Below, in pieces: positions 37,075 to 46,757 of a stretch of 64,000 bases of DNA. This stretch comes from an uncultured virus (IMG/VR IMGVR_UViG_3300021478_000018). Taxonomy: Duplodnaviria > Heunggongvirae > Uroviricota > Caudoviricetes. How positions within the stretch are numbered: position 1 is the stretch's first letter; the number at the start of each line of letters is the position of its first letter. The notes under the pieces were generated by a model. The model saw nothing but the letters and a program-made list of their open reading frames with translations. It searched no databases and had not been told where the DNA came from. Both the position numbers and the translations under genes were made by a program. The stretch lies in IMG/VR virus record IMGVR_UViG_3300021478_000018; one strand, given 5' to 3'.

Positions 37075-38298
37075 TTAATGAAGGGTAGCGGAAGCGGTTA
37101 CGACCCGGCCTCCCCCCGTAAAGATCCCGTTCGTCGAAGATAAATTACCGGTCCCCGCCGTTGGGGCGTCGGTTCCGGAGATCTTTTGGGAGCCGACCGT
37201 CGAAGTCGGGGTCCGGCTAAGTTTAAGCTTCGTCCGGCCCCGGGAGGTAAGATGGATCTCGTGGAAGACGTGCTCCACTAACCAAAGCCCGTCCGCCGTC
37301 ATCGGGCTACCCGTCGAAGGATCTTTATAGACGAGCTTTACGAGGCTTCCCGGCTCGATCCCGGGATCGCCTTCGAGCGTTAGCTCCATCGAGTTCGTAC
37401 TCGTAACCGCGCCCGAGGCTCCGACGTCGGCGTCTTTTTCGAGAAGTTGCGCGGTATCGTGGTGGGTATGGAAGAATTTCCCGAGGAAGGCCCCGACGTA
37501 ATTCGACGGGACCGGCTTCGCGCCGTCGGTCTTCGTCGTCGAGGTTTCGTTCGCGGCGGCGTTTAGCGGGATCGCGGCGTCCTTACTAAAATTCCCGGCT
37601 TTATAGCCGACCGAGCCGCCGAGGATCGGTTTCCAGGCTCCCATCCGCAAGTTTAGCCCTTGCGCTAAGGTCGCCCCGATCGTTATCGTCCGGTAGGGGG
37701 CCTGAGTATAATCGGGCGGGTGGAAATGTAGCTCGTTCCCGCCCTTAAAGAAGAGCCGGTAATCGGAGTCGCCGTTATCCGCCGCCTTACAACCCTCCCG
37801 CTTTAAGGCCGAAAGAAAAGCCCAATGGTTAGAGCCGGTATGGAGGACATCGGCGATATATTTATCGGCCCGGACGACCGCCGCCGGGAAACCGGAATAG
37901 CTTTTGGTAATGGACGAGACGATCTGACTAAAGCTCTGGTGGGGGAAGGAGGAGAAAGCCGAGTTAGCGAGGAGATGGACCCGGCTATCGATAAGGTGGA
38001 TCCGGGCCATGGCCTGATTCTGAATGTACTGGAGGTCGACCGTATGGATAACGTAGGAATGGGGGATACTAACGTTACTCCCGTTCCCCCATTGGAACTT
38101 TAGGTTTTGATTAGCGGCGAGGGCCGCCTTCGCGATCGTCTCCGGAGACATCCCGATAAAGTGGAGAATAGCGCGGTCGGCGTGGTCGGTAATCGACTTA
38201 GCGACCTGGAGGCTCTGAAAGTAGGGGGCCCACGGGAGCGAGTTCCCGTTAACCGAGAAGGTCCGGAGGAGCGGGCTAGAAGTATTCGCGGCGGCCAT
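37075..38298 (-). CDS. baseplate hub / late control D-like protein
   Basis: Position upstream of the spike; LTLEGDPGIEPG...GLWLVEHVFHEI C-terminal pattern. Confidence 0.75.
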   Translation of the reverse strand: MAAANTSSPLLRTFSVNGNSLPWAPYFQSLQVAKSITDHADRAILHFIGMSPETIAKAALAANQNLKFQWGNGSNVSIPHSYVIHTVDLQYIQNQAMARIHLIDSRVHLLANSAFSSFPHQSFSQIVSSITKSYSGFPAAVVRADKYIADVLHTGSNHWAFLSALKREGCKAADNGDSDYRLFFKGGNELHFHPPDYTQAPYRTITIGATLAQGLNLRMGAWKPILGGSVGYKAGNFSKDAAIPLNAAANETSTTKTDGAKPVPSNYVGAFLGKFFHTHHDTAQLLEKDADVGASGAVTSTNSMELTLEGDPGIEPGSLVKLVYKDPSTGSPMTADGLWLVEHVFHEIHLTSRGRTKLKLSRTPTSTVGSQKISGTDAPTAGTGNLSSTNGIFTGGGRVVTASATLH

Positions 38299-38354
38299 AT
38301 TTTCCGGTTCGGAATTACCGGAATCGCGCTAGGGGAGGCGAAATGTAAGACGGT

Positions 38355-38537
38355 ATGAAGATAAGATTTAAGAAGCCCGACGAAAACGGGGTCGTAGTAG
38401 CGTTCGTTACGACCGAGGTAAAAATCTCGCCCTCCGAAGATGGGAGCGTCTGGTACGTTACCCGGGACGGGAAAACGCTCGGTTCCTGGTCGTCGCTCGC
38501 GATCGCTAAACGAAACCTCGCGATAGATTTACGATGA
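38355..38537 (+). CDS. small hypothetical protein
   Basis: Follows a GAAATGTA element. Confidence 0.6.
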   Translation: MKIRFKKPDENGVVVAFVTTEVKISPSEDGSVWYVTRDGKTLGSWSSLAIAKRNLAIDLR

Positions 38538-38628
38538 AAAGAAAAATTGCGTTAGCGGGATCCGTAATTGGCGGAGAGTAACCAATTCACAGTGGAAGAC
38601 TACTGATGTCATTGAGAGTGTCTTAAAG

Positions 38629-38662
38629 CCCCGGTAGTTTTCGACTACCGGGGTTTCTTTTT
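38629..38662 (+). terminator. intrinsic terminator
   Basis: CCCCGGTAGT-TTTCG-ACTACCGGGG followed by TTTCTTTTT. Confidence 0.75.
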
Positions 38663-38998
38663 CTTAGTCTTAGAGGCCTTTTGCCGAGCGAGAATCTTCG
38701 TTTTATTTTTCCGATAATAAACGCGCATCCGAGCGAGATTTTTCTCCCGGTTTTGAAAATGACGGGCCCGGCGCGATTCCGAGTGAGCCTTAGCGTAGGC
38801 TTTCCGGTAGGCCTTCTGAGAAGGCCGTTTAATGTAAACGCGATGGTAACGGGTAATCCGGGCTTGATGCGCTAGCCGGTATTCGTTATTGCAAGCCTTG
38901 CACTGGCTTTGCCGACCGTCGGCTTTAGTACGGTCCCGGCTAAAGCCGGTCTCTAGATCTTTCGGCTTCCCGCACTTACGGCAAACTTTATCCGGCAT
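38645..38998 (-). CDS. Zn-finger plus basic helix protein resembling the N-terminus of HNH/EndoVII homing nucleases
   Basis: KVCRKCGKPK...F.RD....DG.QSQCKAC; no nuclease domain before the stop. Confidence 0.65.
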   Translation of the reverse strand: MPDKVCRKCGKPKDLETGFSRDRTKADGRQSQCKACNNEYRLAHQARITRYHRVYIKRPSQKAYRKAYAKAHSESRRARHFQNREKNLARMRVYYRKNKTKILARQKASKTKKKKPR

Positions 38999-39005
38999 GG
39001 GACCT

Positions 39006-39789
39006 TCATAAACCGACCGAGGCGTCCCGGAGTAGCTCGACTTGCCAGGCCAGCTCCTTTAGGAGATCCTCCTGAGTATCGCCGTGCCCGGTCGTAAACG
39101 AATGGGCGACCATCCAGGCGGCTAACTTCTCCCGCTGCGTCTCGACGGCCCGGATAAGAAGCGAGGCAACGGTCTCGGCGGTCTCCGGGCTCGCTTCGAA
39201 TTCGGCGATAACCTTTCCCTCCTCGTCTTTTACCGCGTAGTTAGAGACGCCTTCGGCGGCTTTAAAGACCGCTTCCCGGTCGACCGAATCGAGCCAAGTT
39301 CCAAGTAGTTTAAAAGACTCTTCCCCGAGTAATTTCCGCGCTTCTTCTCCTCGTAAATCCATATTCTATCCGTTTAAAACCTTCCAGAGCTTATCGATTA
39401 ATTCCCGCCGGGCCCGCTCTTCGGCTAAGTGCGTAAGCATGTCGGAGACGTTCGGCTGTACGCCGAGTACGCCCCGGAACTGCTTAATCGCCTCGATGAG
39501 CGGTTCGGCGTCCTCGTCCTTTAGATCTTTCTCTAAGTAAACGATTAAGGAATTATACCGGTCACTCATCGTATTCTCCGAGAGCGGTATGGAGGTCGCC
39601 GTGTTCGACGATCGGCTTTATCTCCCAGGATTTCTCCGTTCCGTCGGCGAGGGTAACGGTGAAGATCGTTTTCTCGACCGAGAGACCGGGTAAAAGCCGG
39701 TTTAGAGCTTCTCTTACTTCTTCGATTACTTTTTCCTCCGGGGGAAAGTCATCGTAGGGGGTGGATGAAGGGGATTCTAGATCGCTCAT
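39006..39789 (-). CDS. three small hypothetical genes (39562-39789, 39366-39569, 39006-39362)
   Basis: Coupled ORFs; first start moved to 39789 because a GAAATGTA element lies at 39799-39806. Confidence 0.6.
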
Positions 39790-39806
39790 ATCTTTTTCTA
39801 CATTTC

Positions 39807-40526
39807 CTACGATACGTATCTCCAATTAAGCCGACTAGGGTAGCGAAAACCTATAGATCTCGGCCAGCGGGGATACTGATGGAGGAAGAGTTTCGCCGTT
39901 AGCGGGAAAGTATTTGCGAGATGAAAGAAGACGGAATCGATAACGTGGATCTCGTCGGCGTCGAAAAGGAGGGCGACGTAGCGGAGGATCGATTGGTCCC
40001 AAGAGCTAAAATCCGGGATAAAAGCTTCCGAGCGGGAGACGAGCTTCCGGATAACGAACCCCCGGGCCGGGTCGTCGTGGAGGAAGATTTTCCGTCCCCG
40101 GGGCCAAACCGGCGGTAGCTGTTCGACCGATTTCCAGGCTTCCAGTAACGGCGACTTATCCCATCGCGCCTCGTACGGGACGTCGAGATGCTTATAGAAG
40201 GAGCGGGAAAAATCCTCGTCGATCCCGATCCCGGCGTAAATCCCGGACCGGAGCGCCTCCTCGAAGTTCATTCCCTCCTCCTTAATCCGCCGCTCCCAGA
40301 CTCCCTCGGGCGGCGACCCCCAAGCGAAATTGGCCTCGTGGGGGAGGGTATAGACGGAAATTAGGGGAGAGTTAACGAAGAAAGATCGTGTACTTAGTCG
40401 ATATCGGTCGTAGGAAGGGACCGCGATTTCGCCGTACCGTTCGGAGAGGGCGACCTCTAGTCCGGCCTGGAGGACGCCGTCGCCGAGGCCGAGATGGGTT
40501 ATACGGGGTCGCCGTCGGGTCGTCAT
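39807..40526 (-). CDS. putative glycosyltransferase-like phage protein
   Basis: HLGLGD N-terminal motif and ADEIHVIDSVF C-terminal motif, reminiscent of GT-B heptosyltransferase-like proteins. Confidence 0.5.
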   Translation of the reverse strand: MTTRRRPRITHLGLGDGVLQAGLEVALSERYGEIAVPSYDRYRLSTRSFFVNSPLISVYTLPHEANFAWGSPPEGVWERRIKEEGMNFEEALRSGIYAGIGIDEDFSRSFYKHLDVPYEARWDKSPLLEAWKSVEQLPPVWPRGRKIFLHDDPARGFVIRKLVSRSEAFIPDFSSWDQSILRYVALLFDADEIHVIDSVFFHLANTFPLTAKLFLHQYPRWPRSIGFRYPSRLNWRYVS

Positions 40527-40534
40527 ACGCGCTT

Positions 40535-40825
40535 TTAACTCCGGCTCGGCCCGGGCCGCCGTTTTACCGGCGAGGCCGAGGTCCGTTCTAGGAGGAGATC
40601 GTACTTCGCCCGGAGCGTCTCCCAGTCGTTCTGGGTCCGTTTAAGCGCTTCGACGATTAGCTCTTCGTTTCGATATTTCCCGTCTTCGACGTCGGAGACT
40701 AGGCTATTTAGCCGGTCGAAGATTTTCCGGTAGGAGACGTTTTCGGCTTCGATTAATTGGATTCTTTCCCGGGTCATATACCGTTCTAATCCTTTTAGAA
40801 ATGTCTCTCTAGAGATTGTAGGCAA
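40535..40825 (-). CDS. hypothetical coiled-coil protein
   Basis: 96-aa ORF. Confidence 0.5.
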   Translation of the reverse strand: MPTISRETFLKGLERYMTRERIQLIEAENVSYRKIFDRLNSLVSDVEDGKYRNEELIVEALKRTQNDWETLRAKYDLLLERTSASPVKRRPGPSRS

Positions 40826-40917
40826 TACCGTGAGTAATTTTCGTCCCGAGTCCGATCCCCGGAATTTTTAACAAGAGAATAGTTACCAGCCGCAACCTTT
40901 TTTAACTCCCTCTCTTT

Positions 40918-41928
40918 ATGAACAACGTAACCGCCGCTCGTAAGCTTCTCGCGCCTCGGGACATCTTTAGTAAACGCATAAACTACAAGCCATTCGAATA
41001 TCCCGACGTCCTCCAGTATACCGACCTAATTAACCGAACCTATTGGGTTCATAACGAACTCGATTTTACCGCCGATAAGCAGGACTTCTCCGTTTCCCTC
41101 TCCCCCTCGGAAAAGAACGCCGTTAAGAACGCCCTCCTCGCCATTTCCCAGATCGAAGTCGCCGTAAAATGTTTCTGGGGGCGGCTCTACGATTACTTAC
41201 CGAAACCGGAGCTATGCGGTCTAGGATCGACTTTTGCGGAGTGCGAATTCCGCCATTCCCAGGCCTACTCCCGTCTCCTCGACGTCCTTTCCGCTTCGGA
41301 TGATTTTGAGGGGATTCTCGACGTTCCGCCGATTATCGACCGGATAACTTTTCTCTCGACCTACCTCCAGTCGAAGGTAAGCCTTACCGACCGACGGAGT
41401 TACGCCCTCGCCCTAATTATTTTCGCCCTCTTTATCGAGAACACCTCTCTCTTCTCCCAGTTCGCGATTATCCTTAGCTTTACCCGTTTTAAGGCGCTCC
41501 TAAAAAATGTCGCGAACGTAATCGCCTGGACGAGTAAGGACGAACAGGTCCATGCGGCGGCGGGAATCTGGCTCTTTAATACGATCGTCGCCGAGAACCC
41601 GGAGCTATTCGACGAGGAGATGAAGGGGACGATCGTCCGGGCGGCCCGGAAAGCGATTAAGGTCGAGGAAAGCGTACTGGGTTGGATCTTCGAGAAGGGG
41701 GAAATCGAGTTCGTTCCGAAAGCGTCCCTCCTCGTATTTATGGAAAGCCGGATCGACCGGAGCCTTAAGGCGATCGGGATCGGGCCGGTTTTCGGGGCGG
41801 AGAAAAAGAATCCCTTAAAATGGTTCGACGAGGAAATAAACGTGGGGACGCACGACGACTTTTTCGCGAAACGGCCCGTCGAATACAGCAAGTTTACCCA
41901 AGTCATTAGTAGCGATAACCTTTTCTGA
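40918..41928 (+). CDS. nrdB: ribonucleotide reductase class I beta subunit (class Id-like)
   Basis: YKPFEYP, QIEVAVK, ECEFRHSQAY, IENTSLFSQF, DEQVH, DFFAKRPVEY. Confidence 0.95.
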   Translation: MNNVTAARKLLAPRDIFSKRINYKPFEYPDVLQYTDLINRTYWVHNELDFTADKQDFSVSLSPSEKNAVKNALLAISQIEVAVKCFWGRLYDYLPKPELCGLGSTFAECEFRHSQAYSRLLDVLSASDDFEGILDVPPIIDRITFLSTYLQSKVSLTDRRSYALALIIFALFIENTSLFSQFAIILSFTRFKALLKNVANVIAWTSKDEQVHAAAGIWLFNTIVAENPELFDEEMKGTIVRAARKAIKVEESVLGWIFEKGEIEFVPKASLLVFMESRIDRSLKAIGIGPVFGAEKKNPLKWFDEEINVGTHDDFFAKRPVEYSKFTQVISSDNLF

Positions 41929-41931
41929 CTT

Positions 41932-43578
41932 ATGCGAGAGCGATACTGGTGGGTAAATGAGGAGTCGCGGACGGTTCTCGACCGGGGTTACCTCTTAGAG
42001 GGCGAAAAGCCGAAAGACGCGGTCGACCGGATCGTTTCGGCGGCGGCGTTCCGCTTAAACCGGAAGGATTACGCCTCGAAGTTCCGGGATCTAATCGAGT
42101 ACGGCTGGCTCTCGCTCTCGACGCCGATCTGGTGCAATATGGGAACCGAACGGGGTCTCCCGATCTCCTGCTTCGGGTTAACGATCGAGGATAGTATCGA
42201 GAGTATCGCCGACTCGCTTACCGAGGTTATTACCCAGACCAAGGTCGGCGGCGGGACGAGCGCTTACTTCGGGAATATCCGGTCCCGGGGCTCGAAGATT
42301 ACGAATAACGGCGAATCGGGCGGTTCGGTCTCCTTTATGCGGCTTTACGATACGGCGATCGCCGTCGTTTCCCAGGGCACTACGCGCCGGGGAAATATGG
42401 CCGCTTACCAGGATATCGACCATCCCGATATCGGCGAATTTTTAGGGATTAAGAACGTCGGGAGCGACATCCAGAACCTTTTCTACGCGGTTAATATTAC
42501 GGACCGGTGGATGGAGGAGATGGTGGACGGGGATAAGGAGAAGCGGAAACTATGGGCGCGGATCCTAGAGTCGCGCCGGGCGAAAGGCCTCCCCTATCTC
42601 CACTTCGTCGATACCGCGAACCGGCTCGCCCCGGCGGTTTACCGGGAGACGAACCGGCGGATACTCGCGAGTAATCTATGCTGCGAGATCGAGCTACCGG
42701 CGACGGCGGAGGAGTCGTTTGTATGCTGCTTAGCGTCGATGAATCTCGAACTCTACGACGAGTGGAAGGAGACGGACGCGGTCGCGACGGCGATCTATTT
42801 TCTCGACGGGGTAATGTCGGAGTTTATCGCGAAGGCGAGTAAGATCCGGCATCTCGAACGGGCGGTCCGCTTCGCCGTTAATCATCGCGCTCTCGGGCTC
42901 GGGGTTCTCGGCTACCATAGCTACCTCCAGAGCCGCCTTATCCCCTTCGAATCGCTCGCCGCGAAAAATCTTAATACGAAGATCTTCCGCGACCTTAAGA
43001 TCGAGGCGGTCGCGGCGAGCCGCCTTCTGGCGCTGGAATATGGGGAACCGGCGATGATGATCGGGCGCGGGTTAAGGAATACTACTTTACTCTCGGTCGC
43101 GCCTACGACCAGTTCTAGCTCGATCTTAGGCCAAACTAGCCAAGGGATCGAACCCCTCTCCTCGAATTATTTTAAGGTCGGCCTCGCGAAGGGGAACTTT
43201 ATCCGGAAAAATAAGTGGCTCGTCCGGCTTCTAGAGGAAAAGGGAGCGAATACGGATGAGATCTGGAGCGAGATAATGAACGCCGACGGGAGCGTACAGG
43301 GGCTCTCCGTCCTTAGTCCGGAGGAGAAGGAGGTTTTCCGGACCTTTAAGGAGACTTCCCAACTAGAGATTATTAATCAGGCCGCCGCCCGGCAGGAGTA
43401 CATCTGCCAGGGCCAATCGCTTAATCTAAATATCCCGCCGACCGTCGATCCCCGGGAGATAAACCGGCTTTATCTTGAGGCCTGGCGGCTGGGGGTAAAG
43501 GGTTTATACTACCAGAGGAGTCAATCCGTTTCCCAGGAGTTTATCCGGATTCTAAATTGCGCGGCGTGCGCCGCTTAG
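41932..43578 (+). CDS. nrdA: ribonucleotide reductase class I alpha subunit, no ATP cone
   Basis: LPISCF, SNLCCEI, APTTSSS, GLYYQRS, C-terminal CAAC. Confidence 0.95.
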   Translation: MRERYWWVNEESRTVLDRGYLLEGEKPKDAVDRIVSAAAFRLNRKDYASKFRDLIEYGWLSLSTPIWCNMGTERGLPISCFGLTIEDSIESIADSLTEVITQTKVGGGTSAYFGNIRSRGSKITNNGESGGSVSFMRLYDTAIAVVSQGTTRRGNMAAYQDIDHPDIGEFLGIKNVGSDIQNLFYAVNITDRWMEEMVDGDKEKRKLWARILESRRAKGLPYLHFVDTANRLAPAVYRETNRRILASNLCCEIELPATAEESFVCCLASMNLELYDEWKETDAVATAIYFLDGVMSEFIAKASKIRHLERAVRFAVNHRALGLGVLGYHSYLQSRLIPFESLAAKNLNTKIFRDLKIEAVAASRLLALEYGEPAMMIGRGLRNTTLLSVAPTTSSSSILGQTSQGIEPLSSNYFKVGLAKGNFIRKNKWLVRLLEEKGANTDEIWSEIMNADGSVQGLSVLSPEEKEVFRTFKETSQLEIINQAAARQEYICQGQSLNLNIPPTVDPREINRLYLEAWRLGVKGLYYQRSQSVSQEFIRILNCAACAA

Positions 43579-43586
43579 AGAGAACG

Positions 43587-43968
43587 ATGATAGTGGAATT
43601 AGAGGAGGGACCTATGGACGGAGCCGAGATGGACGTTGCGGCCTCGCACGGGTCTTGGTTACGGGTCATCGTTACGGAACAAATGCAGTCCCAATTTTGC
43701 CTCAATTATCAGAAGCTTCCGGCGAAACCCGAACGGTTACCGATCGCCCGCTATTTCCGGAATCCGAATGGGCGTTGGCGGTACGCGGGGATGGAATAAA
43801 AGTATGCGAACGATTCGATTAGACGATTTTTCCTTACGGGAAGACGGGGTACCGGTCCCCTGGCCGGAGGGGGCTTATGCGATCCGGCTCGACGATTTTA
43901 CTTTCGTCGACCGGAATCATCAGCCGCTAAAGGAAGAAGAGAAAGCCGATCCTAAAGATAAACGATAG
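43587..43968 (+). CDS. two small hypothetical genes (43587-43799, 43804-43968)
   Basis: Short ORFs following nrdA. Confidence 0.45.
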
Positions 43969-44614
43969 AGATCGCTTCGAGCTTTTCCGCCCGCCCGGGG
44001 ACCCAGGCCGGAACGGGCGCGGCCCGGACTTTCGTCGAGAAATAGTGGATAACCTTATTCGCTCCGGAAGCGTCTTCGATGAGCCACTGGTGAAACCATT
44101 TATAGCGCCGCCGGGAGTTTAAGATCCCGGTAACCGCTCCGTCTTTCCGGGTCGTCCGATAAATGTATTCTCCGCCCGGTAGCCGGGTTCCGCTAACGGA
44201 GACGATCGTTTCGGGGTAAAGTTTCTCGGTCATAGGAGAGGGGGGTCGAGTAAATCCGCCGCTTTCCGGAGAATTTTTATTTTCTCCGTTATCTTCGCCG
44301 CTTCGAGCCGGAGATCCGCCGCGTAAAGCCGCGCCTTCGAAGGCCGGAGTCGTTTTCTCTTAGGAGCCATAGGCCATCCGGATCGTAACCTCGGCATTAT
44401 TAATCGCCGCCTCTTTACTATAGACCGTATAGTCCATAATCTTTTTCCCATCGACCTCCGCCGACCAGCTTACCCCGATCTCGCGTCCCCGGAAGTTACG
44501 GGTCGAATGCCGGATAATGGTAATCGAGTGGCCGCGATATCCGACCGGTTTCAATTTCCGATCCGAAAAAGTATTAGCGAACTTCGCCCGGATTTCTTTA
44601 GATGTAACGCTCAT
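43952..44614 (-). CDS. small hypothetical genes (44360-44614, about 44230-44373, 43952-44233)
   Basis: Coupled ORFs after a GAAATGTA element at 44621-44628. Confidence 0.55.
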
Positions 44615-44683
44615 AGCCTATACATTTCGTGAGCGGGCGGGGTTCCGCGCTCGCGACGTTTCTATAGAACGGGAGCGCGTCCG

Positions 44684-45361
44684 TTACTTAAAATGATTTT
44701 CCCGGGCCAGCTTAATGGAAGCCCAGTTTCCGCTCGTAAAATCTTTCGCCGGATTAAGCCGGAAGAGTTCCGGGGTATCGGTAATATTTCCGATGTAAAC
44801 GACTTCGTCGAAAGAGGTTAGGAACATTTCCTTCTTTTCCTCCGGCGTACAGGCGACATAACTCGGCGGGGGCGGGATCCGGACCGGAATAAAGTTTATC
44901 GCGTTTAATTCGCATTGGAAGTAGGTCCGTCCGACGTAGCTCCCGTAATTCGGGTCGTAATAGACGAAATAGCTCCGGGTCGTCCGCTTCGGAAGCTCCG
45001 GCGGCGGGTTCGGCGGTAGGTTCCAGGGGTCTTTCCTCGGGGTTAGGATCGAGACCGGCTCCGGCGGGGGAGGAGGAACGTAGCCGTGATCCTTAGCGAA
45101 CTCCATCGGGGTCCCGGGATCGACCCGGGTCGCGCAGGGGCACGGTTTCTCCTGAGACCCGGAGAGGATATCGCCGACCCGGACGACCTCGTTTAACCGG
45201 GTAACGAGCCCGGTATCGCGCCCGAAATCGTCAAAGGCTAATTTTAGCCCTTTAATCCAGGGAGCGTAGCCCCGGATCCAGCTCCAAGTCGCCTGAATCG
45301 TCGGGCTAATAATCTCGGCGTCGCCGGGCGGCGGCGTCGTAAGGACGGCGGCGGTAGTCAT
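44684..45361 (-). CDS. Pro-rich hypothetical protein
   Basis: 225-aa ORF downstream of the exonuclease. Confidence 0.65.
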   Translation of the reverse strand: MTTAAVLTTPPPGDAEIISPTIQATWSWIRGYAPWIKGLKLAFDDFGRDTGLVTRLNEVVRVGDILSGSQEKPCPCATRVDPGTPMEFAKDHGYVPPPPPEPVSILTPRKDPWNLPPNPPPELPKRTTRSYFVYYDPNYGSYVGRTYFQCELNAINFIPVRIPPPPSYVACTPEEKKEMFLTSFDEVVYIGNITDTPELFRLNPAKDFTSGNWASIKLARENHFK

Positions 45362-45371
45362 TACCCCTTAT

Positions 45372-46469
45372 TTACGCGAACCGGGCCGGTCGTAACGCCG
45401 GATTACCGGCGTAGTCGTAAAAGGCGGGAAAATGCCGGAGAAACGTCTTCCAATCGATTAGAAAGCTCGCCATCTCGAACCGCCGGATCCGGTCCCGGGC
45501 CTTCGCTTCGTTAACCGCCGTCGTCGTCGAAGCGATCCGGTCGGCTAAGATTTTCGAGTAATAGCCGTCGCTATCGGCCTCCAGAGTTAAGGATAGATCT
45601 ATACATCGCATTTGGGCATCGAGATCCCGGCTATCGATCGCGGAGCCGAGGCTCGTGGTTTGTCGCTCGTTAAGAACCTTCCGCCATTCGGTCTCGCCCG
45701 CGTCGATTAAAACGCTAAAATCGTAAAAATGCTGGACGATTTTTAGGGCCGCCGCCGGTCCGATTCCCGGGACGCCCGGGAGATTATCCGAGCCGTCCCC
45801 GACGAGTAGCCGGTAAAGGACCCAGCGATCGAGGGGAATCCCCTCCGGGAGTTTCTCGACGAAGCGGATAAAGGTCCGGGGACCGACTTCCCGCATCTTT
45901 ATCCAGAACTTCTTATCCGGCCCGTCGTATTCCGGTCCGCCGATCCGGACAATTTTCCCTTTCGCCGGAACCATCGGACTGAAGAGATGCACCGTCTTTC
46001 CGATGAGCTGTATAAAGTCTTTATCGCCGGATACCAGGACGGTTTCTCCTTCGAAGGGGATTCGATAGGCGGCGAGGGCGGCGATATCGTCGGCTTCCAG
46101 TTCATCTTCTTTTAGTGTCGGGATACCGAGATAGGAGAGGATCTCTTCGGTCGCGTCGAGCTGGTCGTTAAAGAGGCGGCGTTCATTTACTTCGGCGACC
46201 GTCCGGTGCGCGTCGGTCCGGTTCGCCTTATAAAGGGGGTAAATCTCGGTCCGGAAAGAGCTTTTACTATCCCGGGCGGCGATTATCGCTCGCGGTCGGA
46301 ATAAATCCGAGAGCATTATTAAACTTTTTAGGACCCCGAAGATCGTTCCCGTCGATTCGCCGTACGAATTAGTAAGGCCGCCCGTCGTCGACCAGGTCCT
46401 ATGAGCGAGATGATTGAGGTCGAGGATTAGACGACCGTTCTGAAAGTTGGAGTAAACGCTAACGCCCAT
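45372..46469 (-). CDS. 5'-3' exonuclease / flap endonuclease (T4 RNase H, Pol I N-terminal family)
   Basis: LILDLNHLAHR, YKANR, EADD, SGDKDFIQL, GDGSDNLPGVPGIGP. Confidence 0.95.
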   Translation of the reverse strand: MGVSVYSNFQNGRLILDLNHLAHRTWSTTGGLTNSYGESTGTIFGVLKSLIMLSDLFRPRAIIAARDSKSSFRTEIYPLYKANRTDAHRTVAEVNERRLFNDQLDATEEILSYLGIPTLKEDELEADDIAALAAYRIPFEGETVLVSGDKDFIQLIGKTVHLFSPMVPAKGKIVRIGGPEYDGPDKKFWIKMREVGPRTFIRFVEKLPEGIPLDRWVLYRLLVGDGSDNLPGVPGIGPAAALKIVQHFYDFSVLIDAGETEWRKVLNERQTTSLGSAIDSRDLDAQMRCIDLSLTLEADSDGYYSKILADRIASTTTAVNEAKARDRIRRFEMASFLIDWKTFLRHFPAFYDYAGNPALRPARFA

Positions 46470-46498
46470 TTTCTCTTAATAGAGAACGGGGGCGAAAA

Positions 46499-46699
46499 TT
46501 ACGAGCCCCGTTGGCATCGGATCCGCCGGGCCGGTATTCCGGCGAGCTTCGTCCGTTCGACATGCCATCGGGCCCCTTCTAGTCCGCCGGTAATCGTCGT
46601 CGCGGTTAGATTAAATTTTTCGGGATGATCGCAGTAATCGCAGGTCGTCCGGGGAATAAGGGGGGTAAGGGGAGTGAGTTGTTTAAGTTGTTTAGACAT
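46499..46699 (-). CDS. small hypothetical protein with CxxC
   Basis: 66-aa ORF. Confidence 0.4.
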   Translation of the reverse strand: MSKQLKQLTPLTPLIPRTTCDYCDHPEKFNLTATTITGGLEGARWHVERTKLAGIPARRIRCQRGS

Positions 46700-46757
46700 A
46701 TCGGGAGAGAGGGAAGCGGTTTCTAAAGTTAGAACGGCGAAATGTACGAAGGTATCG

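Noticed and set aside
29678..38298. Bacterial T6SS or extracellular contractile injection system
   Set aside because: The context has RNR, an exonuclease, tail fibres and many small phage-type genes, with no T6SS membrane complex or ClpV.
38600..38612. Hammerhead ribozyme core
   Set aside because: CTGATGT does not match CUGAUGA and no correctly placed GAAA or stems were found.
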